Source: Pseudanabaena frigida (lineage in GTDB: Bacteria; Cyanobacteriota; Cyanobacteriia; Pseudanabaenales; Pseudanabaenaceae). From it: a stretch of DNA of 64,000 nt. Below the pieces are notes generated by a model that did not search any database, was not told the origin of the DNA, and saw only the letters and a program-made list of their open reading frames with translations. Location: the NCBI GenBank assembly GCA_003242085.1, contig QBML01000010.1, positions 41,983-105,982 on the forward strand, read 5' to 3'. Below, one piece after another: positions 1 to 9,145 of this stretch. How positions within the stretch are numbered: the stretch's first letter is position 1; each line of letters begins with the position of its first letter. The position numbers and the translations under genes are program-made.

Positions 1-1
1 G

Positions 2-328
2 ATTAGTCAAGTAATCAATACTGTCAAAGATGGGCGATCACAGCTCTACGCTTTTCCTCAAGGAGTTGAATATCTTTGGATATTTTGTTGGTCTCTGACA
101 GGCATTTTTCTTACCTATATCTTCCGATTTTCTTGGCAAAAGGTAGCGATTTCAATTGGTGGTGAATTGTTAGTTTTAAGTTTTATCTGCCTTGGAAGTT
201 TGAGTTGGGGTAGTCTCTGGTTACCACTTATTCCATCAGTACTGGCTTTGATGTTAGCGAATGGAAGTATACTATATATTGTTTATCGACCTCACAAACT
301 GATTTCTAATTCAAGGACAAAAACATGA
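2..328 (+). CDS. CHASE2-domain membrane protein, C-terminal part (5' end outside window)
   Basis: Frame from base 2 reads ISQVINTVKDGRSQLYAFPQGVEYLWIFCWSLTG...WLPLIPSVLAL...RTKT*. This matches the CHASE2 end plus the TM helices that usually follow it. The stop overlaps the next ATG (ATGA at 325-328). Confidence 0.75.
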   Translation: MSQVINTVKDGRSQLYAFPQGVEYLWIFCWSLTGIFLTYIFRFSWQKVAISIGGELLVLSFICLGSLSWGSLWLPLIPSVLALMLANGSILYIVYRPHKLISNSRTKT

Positions 329-1224
329 ATCAAATCAAGAGCAGAAAGTATATTATTCCCTGTTTTTGTGGTGTGGTGTTAGCTGCCAATACCATTTTAG
401 CGATCGCAACTCCCCAATTTCTGTTTGCCGAAGAGCTTAGCATTTGGGAAAGACTCTACAATTTATTTGCTAGTTCGCATCCACAAGGCGAAGCTGGTAG
501 CCGTCAGGATGGCGGGGCAAGGCGCGATCGCTGTCCTACTGTGACTAATCCTCTAATGGCGATCGCACCTATCGATGTTAAAGGAAACTTATTGGTCGGT
601 AGAACTATTTCCGATCGCCCAACTTTTTGGTTTTACGTGCCTTATTCACCTGCGGCAAGAAGAAGAGCCGAATTTGTGATTATTGATGACAAAGAAGAAG
701 ATTTTTACTCAGCAACTTTCATGCTAGATCGACAACCAGGGATCGCAAGTTTACAGTTGCCTTCGACCGCACAACCATTTAAGGACGGCAAAAAATATCA
801 ATGGGTATTTTCAGTTATTTGCAACCCTATCAATCGCTCTGGCGATGCAACCGTTAATGGATGGATAGAGAAAGTTCCAGTAAGCAAATCTTTAAATATA
901 AAGCTGAAAACTGCAACCCCAAAAGATTTAATTACTATTCATACTGATTTGGGTTTGTGGAACGATACGCTAACGGCGTTGGCTAACTTTGGCAAAGAGA
1001 ATCCTGAAAACACAGATTTTCAATCTAGTTGGATCGCTTTGCAGAGTCAGTTCGGCTTAAAGAATTTTCATTCAAAAACTTGGATTACATATGCTTTACC
1101 AGAGATAGGACTTACTAATAACAATTCTGCACCACCGCAGTCTCAGCCAACAATGTTACCTGTTCAGACAATTATTGATAACCTTAGAAATATGGATCTA
1201 ACGCCAATCCCGAAAACAAAATAG
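325..1224 (+). CDS. DUF928 domain protein
   Basis: N-terminal signal-like segment; GGARRDRCP, GRTISDRPTFWFYVPY, GKKYQWVFSVICNP and GLWNDTLT are typical DUF928 motifs. Confidence 0.85.
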   Translation: MNQIKSRKYIIPCFCGVVLAANTILAIATPQFLFAEELSIWERLYNLFASSHPQGEAGSRQDGGARRDRCPTVTNPLMAIAPIDVKGNLLVGRTISDRPTFWFYVPYSPAARRRAEFVIIDDKEEDFYSATFMLDRQPGIASLQLPSTAQPFKDGKKYQWVFSVICNPINRSGDATVNGWIEKVPVSKSLNIKLKTATPKDLITIHTDLGLWNDTLTALANFGKENPENTDFQSSWIALQSQFGLKNFHSKTWITYALPEIGLTNNNSAPPQSQPTMLPVQTIIDNLRNMDLTPIPKTK

Positions 1225-1248
1225 AAAGAATTTTGTCAATCACATCGC

Positions 1249-4200
1249 TTATTTCCATTCACCCTGCAAAATAAATCCTGCCCAGTAAAATGGATTTTGC
1301 CAACGAGGATCTTTGCGAATTTCTAGTTGAGCTTTGCGGAGGGCTTGAGAGGCAGGTAATTTATCTTGAAGCATACCCTTATAAAAAAGTTTCATGAGTT
1401 CGGCAGTTGCCGCATCATCCACGCTCCACAGACTAACAACTACACTTTTGGCTCCCGCATACATAAATCCTCCAGTCAATCCAATCAGCCCTTCGCCATT
1501 AATTTCCTTGCCAAGTCCTGTACGACATCCGCTTAAGACAACTAGATCTGCCGATAACTTGAGGTTAAAAACATCGGGAGTTGATAGTAGACTACGTTGT
1601 TGGAGATCTCCACTCTCATTTAGTAGAGACAGCACCATGCCAGACCTTTCAGGGAATTTTGTATCTAGAGTGCCATGCGTTGCAAAATGAATGATGCGGT
1701 ATTGAACAACTGCTGGATCGATAGCGGCTTGCCGACTGGCGGCTGAACCAGTTAGCTGAGTAACATTGGTGGCTGGAAGGAGGCTGCTAATCTGGTCTGC
1801 TTCAATTTGCGTACTTGGTAAGCGGGGATAGAGTTGCTCGACACGAATTTCATCGAGAAGAGGTTGAGAGCCATCAGCAAGGGGAAGTTGTTTTTTAGTT
1901 GATTGTGGCTGAGAAGATTTGCTTACCATCCGATCATCTGCATAGCCAAAAACGGGATCGGCAAAGATCAGGAGCGTTTTAGATGGTGAAAGATCGCTAG
2001 GTTTGTTTTTTCTAAGTGCTGCAAATACGGATGCAGATGGGAGCATCACAATTTCATGTTGAGATATCAAAGAATCGCTTAAGGCTTGTTTATCTGGATT
2101 TAAAGTTGGACTAGGTAATGCACTGAACGGAATATATTGCAGGATGCCATCAGCAACAATTAGCAATCGCTTATTAGCTATGCGATTGGCAGCAGCCCCA
2201 AGTAACATTTGACTTAATTCCTGACCTGCTTTTGCTGCCTTTGTAGATCGCACTCGCAAACTGGGAACGGTTAAGAAGTTGTAAAAATTTCTAGCAGAAT
2301 CCTCAATGTCAGATCGTTTGGATAATTCATAGCTTTGGATATCAGTCTTGCTGACAACAAACAGATAACTGCGTTCTTCACCAAGAGAGTATTCCAATAA
2401 TACAGAATCATTATCTAGTATTTGTTGTTGGATTTCAGAAAGCTTTAAGGTACGCTCTAAACCTTTTACTCTTTTATCTGTATTACTTCTAATGGAGTTG
2501 GAATCATTGCGATTGCTACTATTAAAGAGTGCTAATAAACTTCTCCCACGCGATTGTTCGCTAACTTGTAAAGCTTGCTGTTGATGTACATTGTTAGGAT
2601 TTTGCTTGTGTAACTGCATTAACAAATCAATGTAGAAATCATAGAATTTCTTCCTCGCGGTAAAGTAAGAAGCAAGATCAACATATGACTTAAACTGCTT
2701 TCGATTGGATAGCGAAGTATCTTGTATAGGTATATCAAGAGGGAGTGGTTCAGATTCAATGATTTTGATAGCAGTCTCGATCTGTGTTATTGATCTAGCT
2801 AAATTATTCCGCGCTCTTTCTATAATTGCTATTTCAAGATGACTATCCGCTTCTTCTTTTAAATTAGCAGTCTTACGGCTAATTAATAAAGACTCGTTAA
2901 AGCTTTGAATCGATTGATTAAACTGACCTAAATCTTGTTGGATTTTACCGATTTTACCAAATATTATTGCTTTACTCTTTGGATTGTTACTAATACTTAT
3001 AGCCTTTTTATAGTACTTAATCGCTTCAAGTTTTTTATCTAAGTTTGAGAGAGCATCACCAATACCTTGTAAACTTTCCTGTAAACTTGTATTAATATTA
3101 TCGCTAGGTGATAAATTTTCTTTTGCTAACTTTTTTAAATTTGCTTCTAAGTCTTTTAATGATTGATAGAAATAGTTTAGCGATATCTCATTTTCACCAA
3201 TTTCTAAATATTGCTTGCCAAATATAGGTTTCAAACTTAAATATTTATCAGATATTTTATCTTTATCCAGAGGTTGATTTAAACTAATTTTTAAGGTTGC
3301 TTCAGAGAATCGTACAGAATTATCTAGATCCAATTTCTTGTTGGATTTAATAGTAGTAATTGAATCTTGGAACGGATCATCAATGTTGACACCAAGAAAA
3401 AAAGATGTAATTAATTGAAGTACCTCATCGACAGAAGACCTTTCTTCTCCTTTCTTTATTGAGAAATTCTCATTTGACGAATCAATTGAAGCTTGTAGAT
3501 TTTCATTTACAGAGAATATTGACTTCTGGATATTCTCACTAGATATTTGAATGTTATTTTTATTTACAGAAGGCTTTGGCTTATTGAGATTTTCTCTGGT
3601 TTTTAAAAAAAGTTCTCTAAACAAATCAATAGAAATCTGACGATTTTTATGAAATAGCTCTTTTTCACCTAAATCATAATAAAAACCAGCTTTTTGCATA
3701 TGATATAGTGCTTGAAAAAGTGCAATTTTAGATTTGTTATCATTTTGCAATAGACCAACATAGTTTTTTTTCAATGAAGATTGAACTTGGCTCAAAAGAA
3801 TTAGTGCCTGTTGATACTCTCCTAATGATTGATAAGAAGAGCTTTGTGTTGCAGGAAAAATGGAAATGTAGAATGCTAAATTATCTGATTTTCCAAAAAT
3901 CGCTAACTCATTTAGATAGGCTAGTGTGAATGCTAAATTATAAAAATCTATTGCTTTATCCAAGAAATTAAGAGACTGATAAATTCTACCAATTTTGAAT
4001 AACACATGAAATTCTATCTTTAAATCTTTTTTTGCTTTTGCCAGTATCAAGCATTCCCTATAAATTTTAAGCGCTTGCATCTTAGAATCTATGGCATCTG
4101 ATTTTGCTAGTTTTACAGCCTCATAATCTAACCTATCTAATTCATCTAAAAGTTCTATTAATTGGGGATTATTAGTATCAGCACTTTTGATTAAAGGTCT

Positions 4201-5253
4201 TTCATATTCTATTTCTGTGAAAGCTCCTGTTTTATTAGAGATTCCAACACTCCAAGATAAGAGACTGATAAATTCTTTTTCTCGAACATTAATTGTGACA
4301 ATAACTTTTCTAGGATCTGTCCCAGGAGCAAGACCTATATTCAGATCCTCCAATAGACCGAGGCTATATAGATTCTGCAAGTCTAACTGTACGGTATTTT
4401 TGTTGAAGGCTTGCCTAGGCTTAGTCTTCAGCTTTCGTACAATATACTTGTTAATAAGATTGGCTATAGTTGTACTACCGACTACTGGTGTGCCATCTTT
4501 ATTTACAGTTTTCCCTTCTTCATTGATAAAAGCATAATGAATACTTTCAATCGCACCTTCAGATATAACTAAATTAATATTGCCTTCAGGTGTGGCTTTG
4601 ATATCGATAACTTGGGCTAACACGTAGCCTTTGTCTGTATAGTACTTTTCGAGTTCTTTAACTCCAACTTGGATATTTTTAAGATTAGTAATCTTTCCAA
4701 TTTGTGATCCAAAAATGTGATTGACTACATTTTGCTCTAGTACTTGTGTACCTTGAGTTGTCACAGACTTGAGGACGGGGTTAGGCAATAAAAAGAAGGT
4801 TACACGCACACCAATATCAGTATCTTCAGGCTCAGCTTGAGCATTAGAGAAATAGCCTGTGGCAAATATGGCACTGATGTCGGCTTGTAGTTGAGTTCTC
4901 GTTACTGTTCCACCTGGTTTTGTTGCAATAATATCATAAGCTTTCTGCTCAAGGTCAGACGGTAAAGCAGGTTGACCTTTTGGAGTTTTGATTACAACTT
5001 TAGCCACTAATACTGGGACTTCAGGTTCTGCTGGGGTAGAAGTTTTTGCAGTCTCTTTCGATACTGGCTTTAGCTCACTCTTAATTTTTTCTCGAATAGC
5101 TTGAGCTTGCAAGCTAATAGATCGTGAAACATCCAATTTTTCAGCGATCGCCGATGCCCCAAACAAACCAATTACCATTTCAGATAGCGTAATGCAGAGA
5201 AAGAGAGATAGAGAATATTTAAATCTCTGAAATGGTTTGGATTGATGAAGCAT
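1249..5253 (-). CDS. Exported 3xPOTRA (Omp85-type) - TPR - CHAT (caspase-like protease) fusion protein
   Basis: Signal peptide ending ASAIA. Residues about 81-325 resemble cyanobacterial Omp85 POTRA1-3 (TRTQLQADISAIFATGYFS, GYVLAQV, DLQNLYSLGLLEDLNIGLAPGTDPRKVIV). TPR-like helices follow, then CHAT motifs IIHFATHG, LVVLSGCRTG and FYWAGFILQGEW. Confidence 0.85.
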   Translation of the reverse strand: MLHQSKPFQRFKYSLSLFLCITLSEMVIGLFGASAIAEKLDVSRSISLQAQAIREKIKSELKPVSKETAKTSTPAEPEVPVLVAKVVIKTPKGQPALPSDLEQKAYDIIATKPGGTVTRTQLQADISAIFATGYFSNAQAEPEDTDIGVRVTFFLLPNPVLKSVTTQGTQVLEQNVVNHIFGSQIGKITNLKNIQVGVKELEKYYTDKGYVLAQVIDIKATPEGNINLVISEGAIESIHYAFINEEGKTVNKDGTPVVGSTTIANLINKYIVRKLKTKPRQAFNKNTVQLDLQNLYSLGLLEDLNIGLAPGTDPRKVIVTINVREKEFISLLSWSVGISNKTGAFTEIEYERPLIKSADTNNPQLIELLDELDRLDYEAVKLAKSDAIDSKMQALKIYRECLILAKAKKDLKIEFHVLFKIGRIYQSLNFLDKAIDFYNLAFTLAYLNELAIFGKSDNLAFYISIFPATQSSSYQSLGEYQQALILLSQVQSSLKKNYVGLLQNDNKSKIALFQALYHMQKAGFYYDLGEKELFHKNRQISIDLFRELFLKTRENLNKPKPSVNKNNIQISSENIQKSIFSVNENLQASIDSSNENFSIKKGEERSSVDEVLQLITSFFLGVNIDDPFQDSITTIKSNKKLDLDNSVRFSEATLKISLNQPLDKDKISDKYLSLKPIFGKQYLEIGENEISLNYFYQSLKDLEANLKKLAKENLSPSDNINTSLQESLQGIGDALSNLDKKLEAIKYYKKAISISNNPKSKAIIFGKIGKIQQDLGQFNQSIQSFNESLLISRKTANLKEEADSHLEIAIIERARNNLARSITQIETAIKIIESEPLPLDIPIQDTSLSNRKQFKSYVDLASYFTARKKFYDFYIDLLMQLHKQNPNNVHQQQALQVSEQSRGRSLLALFNSSNRNDSNSIRSNTDKRVKGLERTLKLSEIQQQILDNDSVLLEYSLGEERSYLFVVSKTDIQSYELSKRSDIEDSARNFYNFLTVPSLRVRSTKAAKAGQELSQMLLGAAANRIANKRLLIVADGILQYIPFSALPSPTLNPDKQALSDSLISQHEIVMLPSASVFAALRKNKPSDLSPSKTLLIFADPVFGYADDRMVSKSSQPQSTKKQLPLADGSQPLLDEIRVEQLYPRLPSTQIEADQISSLLPATNVTQLTGSAASRQAAIDPAVVQYRIIHFATHGTLDTKFPERSGMVLSLLNESGDLQQRSLLSTPDVFNLKLSADLVVLSGCRTGLGKEINGEGLIGLTGGFMYAGAKSVVVSLWSVDDAATAELMKLFYKGMLQDKLPASQALRKAQLEIRKDPRWQNPFYWAGFILQGEWK

Positions 5254-5642
5254 TTTGTCAGATCGACTAGTAGCCGAGGATAAGAAAGCCGAACATCATA
5301 GCCTTAGAAATAATAACAAATAAAAAATGAAATTATTTCTAGTCACTATAATGACTCGCCAAAAACTCTACGTCAATACCCAATTTACACACAGCATTTC
5401 AGTAATCAAAAACAAGTCGATAGCTTAGATTTGCATAGTAATTTTATCTAAATATACAAGCTTATATTCCTTATTTTAAAAGGCTTTACAACTAATCTTT
5501 TAGTTTTTTTGCAGTAATCAAGTATTTACAAATTGTAATATATCTTTATTATGTAACTTTAATAAAAGTGAAATGGTCTAATAAAAGTTATAAAAAACAG
5601 AATTTATATTTATAAGCAATTTGAAGATCGATCTAAACAATC

Positions 5643-7808
5643 TCAAATCTGATTTTGAGTTAAGGGAATATCAATCGTAAATTCTGTACCTTTCCCCACT
5701 TCTGAACTAAAAGACAACTTGCCACCATGATTTTCAGTAATGATCTGATAAGAGATTGACAAACCTAAACCCGTGCCTTTACCCACAGCTTTAGTTGTGA
5801 AGAATAAGTCAAATAAGCGCGTGCGAAGTTCTTCAGGAATTCCTTTGGCATTATCAGAAATTTTAACTGTTAAGCGATCGCCGTTTTGATCTGTCTTTTG
5901 AATTTCTGTTTGGATTGAGATTGTAGAAACTTTGCCATCTTCCCTAAACCACTCTGGTTTGTCGTCAACCATTTGCCAAACTCCATTCTCCTGAGCATCC
6001 TCTTCGAGAGCGTCGATCGCATTAGTTAAAAGATTCATAAACACTTGGTTTATCTGCCCAGCAAAACACTCCACCTCAGGGATATCACCATAAATCTTCT
6101 CAACCTGAATCTCAGGACGGCTAGGAGTCACCTTAAGCCGACTTTGTAAAATCAACAAAGTGCTATCAATTCCCTCATGAATATCAACGTACTTGCATCC
6201 AGCTTCATCACTACGCGAAAACTTATTAAGAGATTGGACGATTTTCTGAATTCGTTCCGCCCCAAGCCTGATCGAACCAATTAATTTCACAAAGTCATGG
6301 GCTATGAAATCTATATCAATTGCTTCTAACTTTTCTTGGATAGTCTCATGAGCCTCGGGGTAGCAAATACGGTAGGCTTCGATAAGATTTAATAGCTCAG
6401 CTGTGTAAGTCTCAGCATAGGAAAGATTTCCATAAATAAAATTTACAGGGTTATTAATTTCATGGGCTATGCCTGCGACTAATTGTCCGAGCCCCGACAT
6501 CTTTTCTGCTTGAATTAATTGCGATTGAGCGCTTTTAAGTTCTTGTAGAGCATGTTCTAGTTTTTCGGCTTGGAGGCGATATTTCTCTTCGGAGGCACGC
6601 ACCAAAGCTTCAGCAGCAAGGCGTTCGGTAATATCACGCAAACTCCAAACTCTACCCGCACAACTATTCAAAATATTTTGCGGTTGTGAATAGCATTCCA
6701 AAGTTCTACCATCATCTAACTCCACGATTTCAAAACTATTTTGATCGCCACCTAGTCCTTTTCCGAAATTATGCAAATGTTTGGAAGAAGTAATTCGCTG
6801 AACTACATACTTGAGAATATATGAATCATCATGGGATGTAAAAATACGATCGGGAATGCGCCAGAGATCGACAAATTTTTGATTGCAAATAATAATATTG
6901 CCGACCGCATCTAGTACTAAAATGCCATCTGCTGTTGCTTCAAGGGTCGCTCCGAGTGCGGCAAAACTTTTATTGATTTCAGCTTCTGCTGATTTGCGAT
7001 CGCGGATGTTTGTGCAAATATAAGTCGTGCCAATCACTTCCCCCGATGGGCTTTTGACAGGATTTACCCTTATACAAATTGGAATTTGCTGATTATTGCG
7101 ATCGCGCATTTCTATTTCGCTCGACCAAGTACCACCATGCATGACAGCCGTATGGATAACTTGAGCAATTTTAGGATCGGCAAATAAGGACGAAAACGTT
7201 GTTGGTCTTTGCAAAGCAGACAAGCTGTAAGAGAACAGATCGTTGAATGCAATATTTATATAGATTGGATTTCCGATGCTGTCAGTAATGCAAATAGCAT
7301 CATTAGCGCTTTCAAGAGCTGTCCCAATTTTGGTAAATGCATCTTCAATATATTTTCGCTCAGCAATTTCTTCTGCTAGCTGACGCTTCAGACTTTCTGA
7401 CTGCCGATCCCCCAAGGCATAGCTAGCAACGATGATGCCACCAGCTGAGCCATCATCTGTGTACCAAGGTTGTACGACTAACTGAAAGATGTCTGATTGG
7501 TCGCCACGCGATACAATCTCAATTTCAGTGGAGTAATGCATCTGTCCACCGATCAGACAACGTTCTAATCCATGTCGATGAACGATCGCACTCGGTAATG
7601 ATTCATAAATATTTGTCCCAATCAGCTTTAGGCGCGGGATGCCCAACATTTTGACCCAAGGCTGACTCACCAATATATAGTTCAGATCGCAATCAAACAT
7701 CGCGATCGGGACAGGGCAAAACTCAACGAACCACCGCAGATACTTTTCTGCATGGTTAGCACGCGTTGCAATAGATCCCCACTGGACTTTAGGGTTGGCT
7801 TTTGCCAT
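5643..7808 (-). CDS. Multi-PAS sensor histidine kinase
   Basis: Three PAS-like segments; H-box LVAGIAHEINNP; N-box QVFMNLLTNAIDA; G-boxes FFTTKAVGKGTGLGLSIS. Confidence 0.92.
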   Translation of the reverse strand: MAKANPKVQWGSIATRANHAEKYLRWFVEFCPVPIAMFDCDLNYILVSQPWVKMLGIPRLKLIGTNIYESLPSAIVHRHGLERCLIGGQMHYSTEIEIVSRGDQSDIFQLVVQPWYTDDGSAGGIIVASYALGDRQSESLKRQLAEEIAERKYIEDAFTKIGTALESANDAICITDSIGNPIYINIAFNDLFSYSLSALQRPTTFSSLFADPKIAQVIHTAVMHGGTWSSEIEMRDRNNQQIPICIRVNPVKSPSGEVIGTTYICTNIRDRKSAEAEINKSFAALGATLEATADGILVLDAVGNIIICNQKFVDLWRIPDRIFTSHDDSYILKYVVQRITSSKHLHNFGKGLGGDQNSFEIVELDDGRTLECYSQPQNILNSCAGRVWSLRDITERLAAEALVRASEEKYRLQAEKLEHALQELKSAQSQLIQAEKMSGLGQLVAGIAHEINNPVNFIYGNLSYAETYTAELLNLIEAYRICYPEAHETIQEKLEAIDIDFIAHDFVKLIGSIRLGAERIQKIVQSLNKFSRSDEAGCKYVDIHEGIDSTLLILQSRLKVTPSRPEIQVEKIYGDIPEVECFAGQINQVFMNLLTNAIDALEEDAQENGVWQMVDDKPEWFREDGKVSTISIQTEIQKTDQNGDRLTVKISDNAKGIPEELRTRLFDLFFTTKAVGKGTGLGLSISYQIITENHGGKLSFSSEVGKGTEFTIDIPLTQNQI

Positions 7809-7941
7809 CCGAACCTTACTTTTCGAGAATTTTAGATCTTTACTATAGAGATTGTAGCGGTTTCCAAATTTTTAGAGTGTGTTGTCTGAACTATTATTTG
7901 TTTTTTCTAGAGTAAGTAGTTTAGCGTAATTAAAAAACAAC

Positions 7942-7985
7942 CCCAGAAGTATGTGTCGGTGTAGTGGGTGACACATACTTCTGGG
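7942..7985. repeat. Intergenic hairpin, 16-bp perfect stem, 12-nt loop
   Basis: CCCAGAAGTATGTGTC (7942-7957) is the reverse complement of GACACATACTTCTGGG (7970-7985). Confidence 0.85.
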
Positions 7986-8038
7986 TTTTAAGGTTATTTA
8001 TGCTAAGTCACTTACTCTTAGATAAGTTGTGGAGGTTT

Positions 8039-8072
8039 CGACTACTCTCAGCAATTAAGCTGAGAGTAGTCG
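8039..8072. repeat. REP-like palindrome, 14-bp perfect stem
   Basis: CGACTACTCTCAGC-AATTAA-GCTGAGAGTAGTCG. Confidence 0.8.
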
Positions 8073-8163
8073 CACCGCTTATAGAGGAATGAGTTGGTGA
8101 ATGAATGCTCCACTTAATAACAGTTGTTAGGATTATTAGAAAGCTTGTTATTTGATTTGATTT

Positions 8164-8994
8164 CTAGTTGACTTGCTTACTGCTAGTAATATCACGCAAG
8201 GTAACTGTAAAGCCATCCCCTAATTTGACAACAATTATTTGATACCAGCTAATCGGATCCGAGGGATAGCATATTTCAGTGTTTAGTGTAATTCCCGTTT
8301 CTACGACATTAATTAATTGCTCAAATAGAACTGGGCTAAATCGTTCTAAAAATCTCCTTAATACTAATTTGCCAATTAAATCCTCTCGATTGCGATCAAA
8401 AATTCTGGCAATCACAGGGTTTACTACAAGGCAGCGAAAGTCTTCAATGCTTCCTGTGTTCGGATCTCGAACCGCTTGTAACGCAGCAATTCCATCGGAT
8501 ACGCTATTTAAAACGCTTGTGACTAGTGCTCTAGACTGATAGAGCATTTCTTCTGTCTCTTTACGTCTCGCAATTTCATCTTGTAGAGAGCGCTTATGAC
8601 GTTGAATAGCTAGCTGATTTTCTAATCGTACTAAAACTTCTTCACTCTGAAAGGGTTTAGAAATGTAATCGACCCCACCCGACCAAAATGCTTTGACTTT
8701 GTCAAAGACATCATCAAGTGCGCTGATAAAAATTATGGGGATATCGCGTAGCTCCTCATCGGCTTTAAAAGCTTGACAAACTTGATAGCCATCCATGTCT
8801 GGCATCTTAATATCTAAGATAATCACGTCAGGGCGCTTTATCTTAGCCGTTTTAAGTGCCATACGTCCATTCGTAACGCTACGAACACTATAGCCAAGTG
8901 TGAGCAGTAAATCACTTAGTAGTTGTAAGTTTTCTGGAAGATCATCTACTAAAAGAATATTTCCTGTTAGCTCAATCGAAGGGTTATAGCTCAT
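8164..8994 (-). CDS. Response regulator (REC + PAS-like, no output domain)
   Basis: ILLVDDLPEN, PDVIILDIKMPDMDG and DYISKPF, then a PAS-like segment ending GDGFTVTLRDIT. Confidence 0.9.
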   Translation of the reverse strand: MSYNPSIELTGNILLVDDLPENLQLLSDLLLTLGYSVRSVTNGRMALKTAKIKRPDVIILDIKMPDMDGYQVCQAFKADEELRDIPIIFISALDDVFDKVKAFWSGGVDYISKPFQSEEVLVRLENQLAIQRHKRSLQDEIARRKETEEMLYQSRALVTSVLNSVSDGIAALQAVRDPNTGSIEDFRCLVVNPVIARIFDRNREDLIGKLVLRRFLERFSPVLFEQLINVVETGITLNTEICYPSDPISWYQIIVVKLGDGFTVTLRDITSSKQVN

Positions 8995-9145
8995 GAATTA
9001 ATTTGGCTGTTCTAAAACAAGTATTGTACAAATAATTTTTGACCTCCCTTTAAAATTTTCTGAGCTTAGGCTAGGCTCAGTTACCATAGACAACCGATGA
9101 CTGAACGAAGCCTATATCAAACTTTGTACAAATTTTTTTGGACTT

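Noticed and set aside
9024-9143. TTGTACAAAT direct repeat 100 bp apart as a target-site duplication
   Set aside because: Only 10 bp in AT-rich DNA, with no terminal repeats or element between them.
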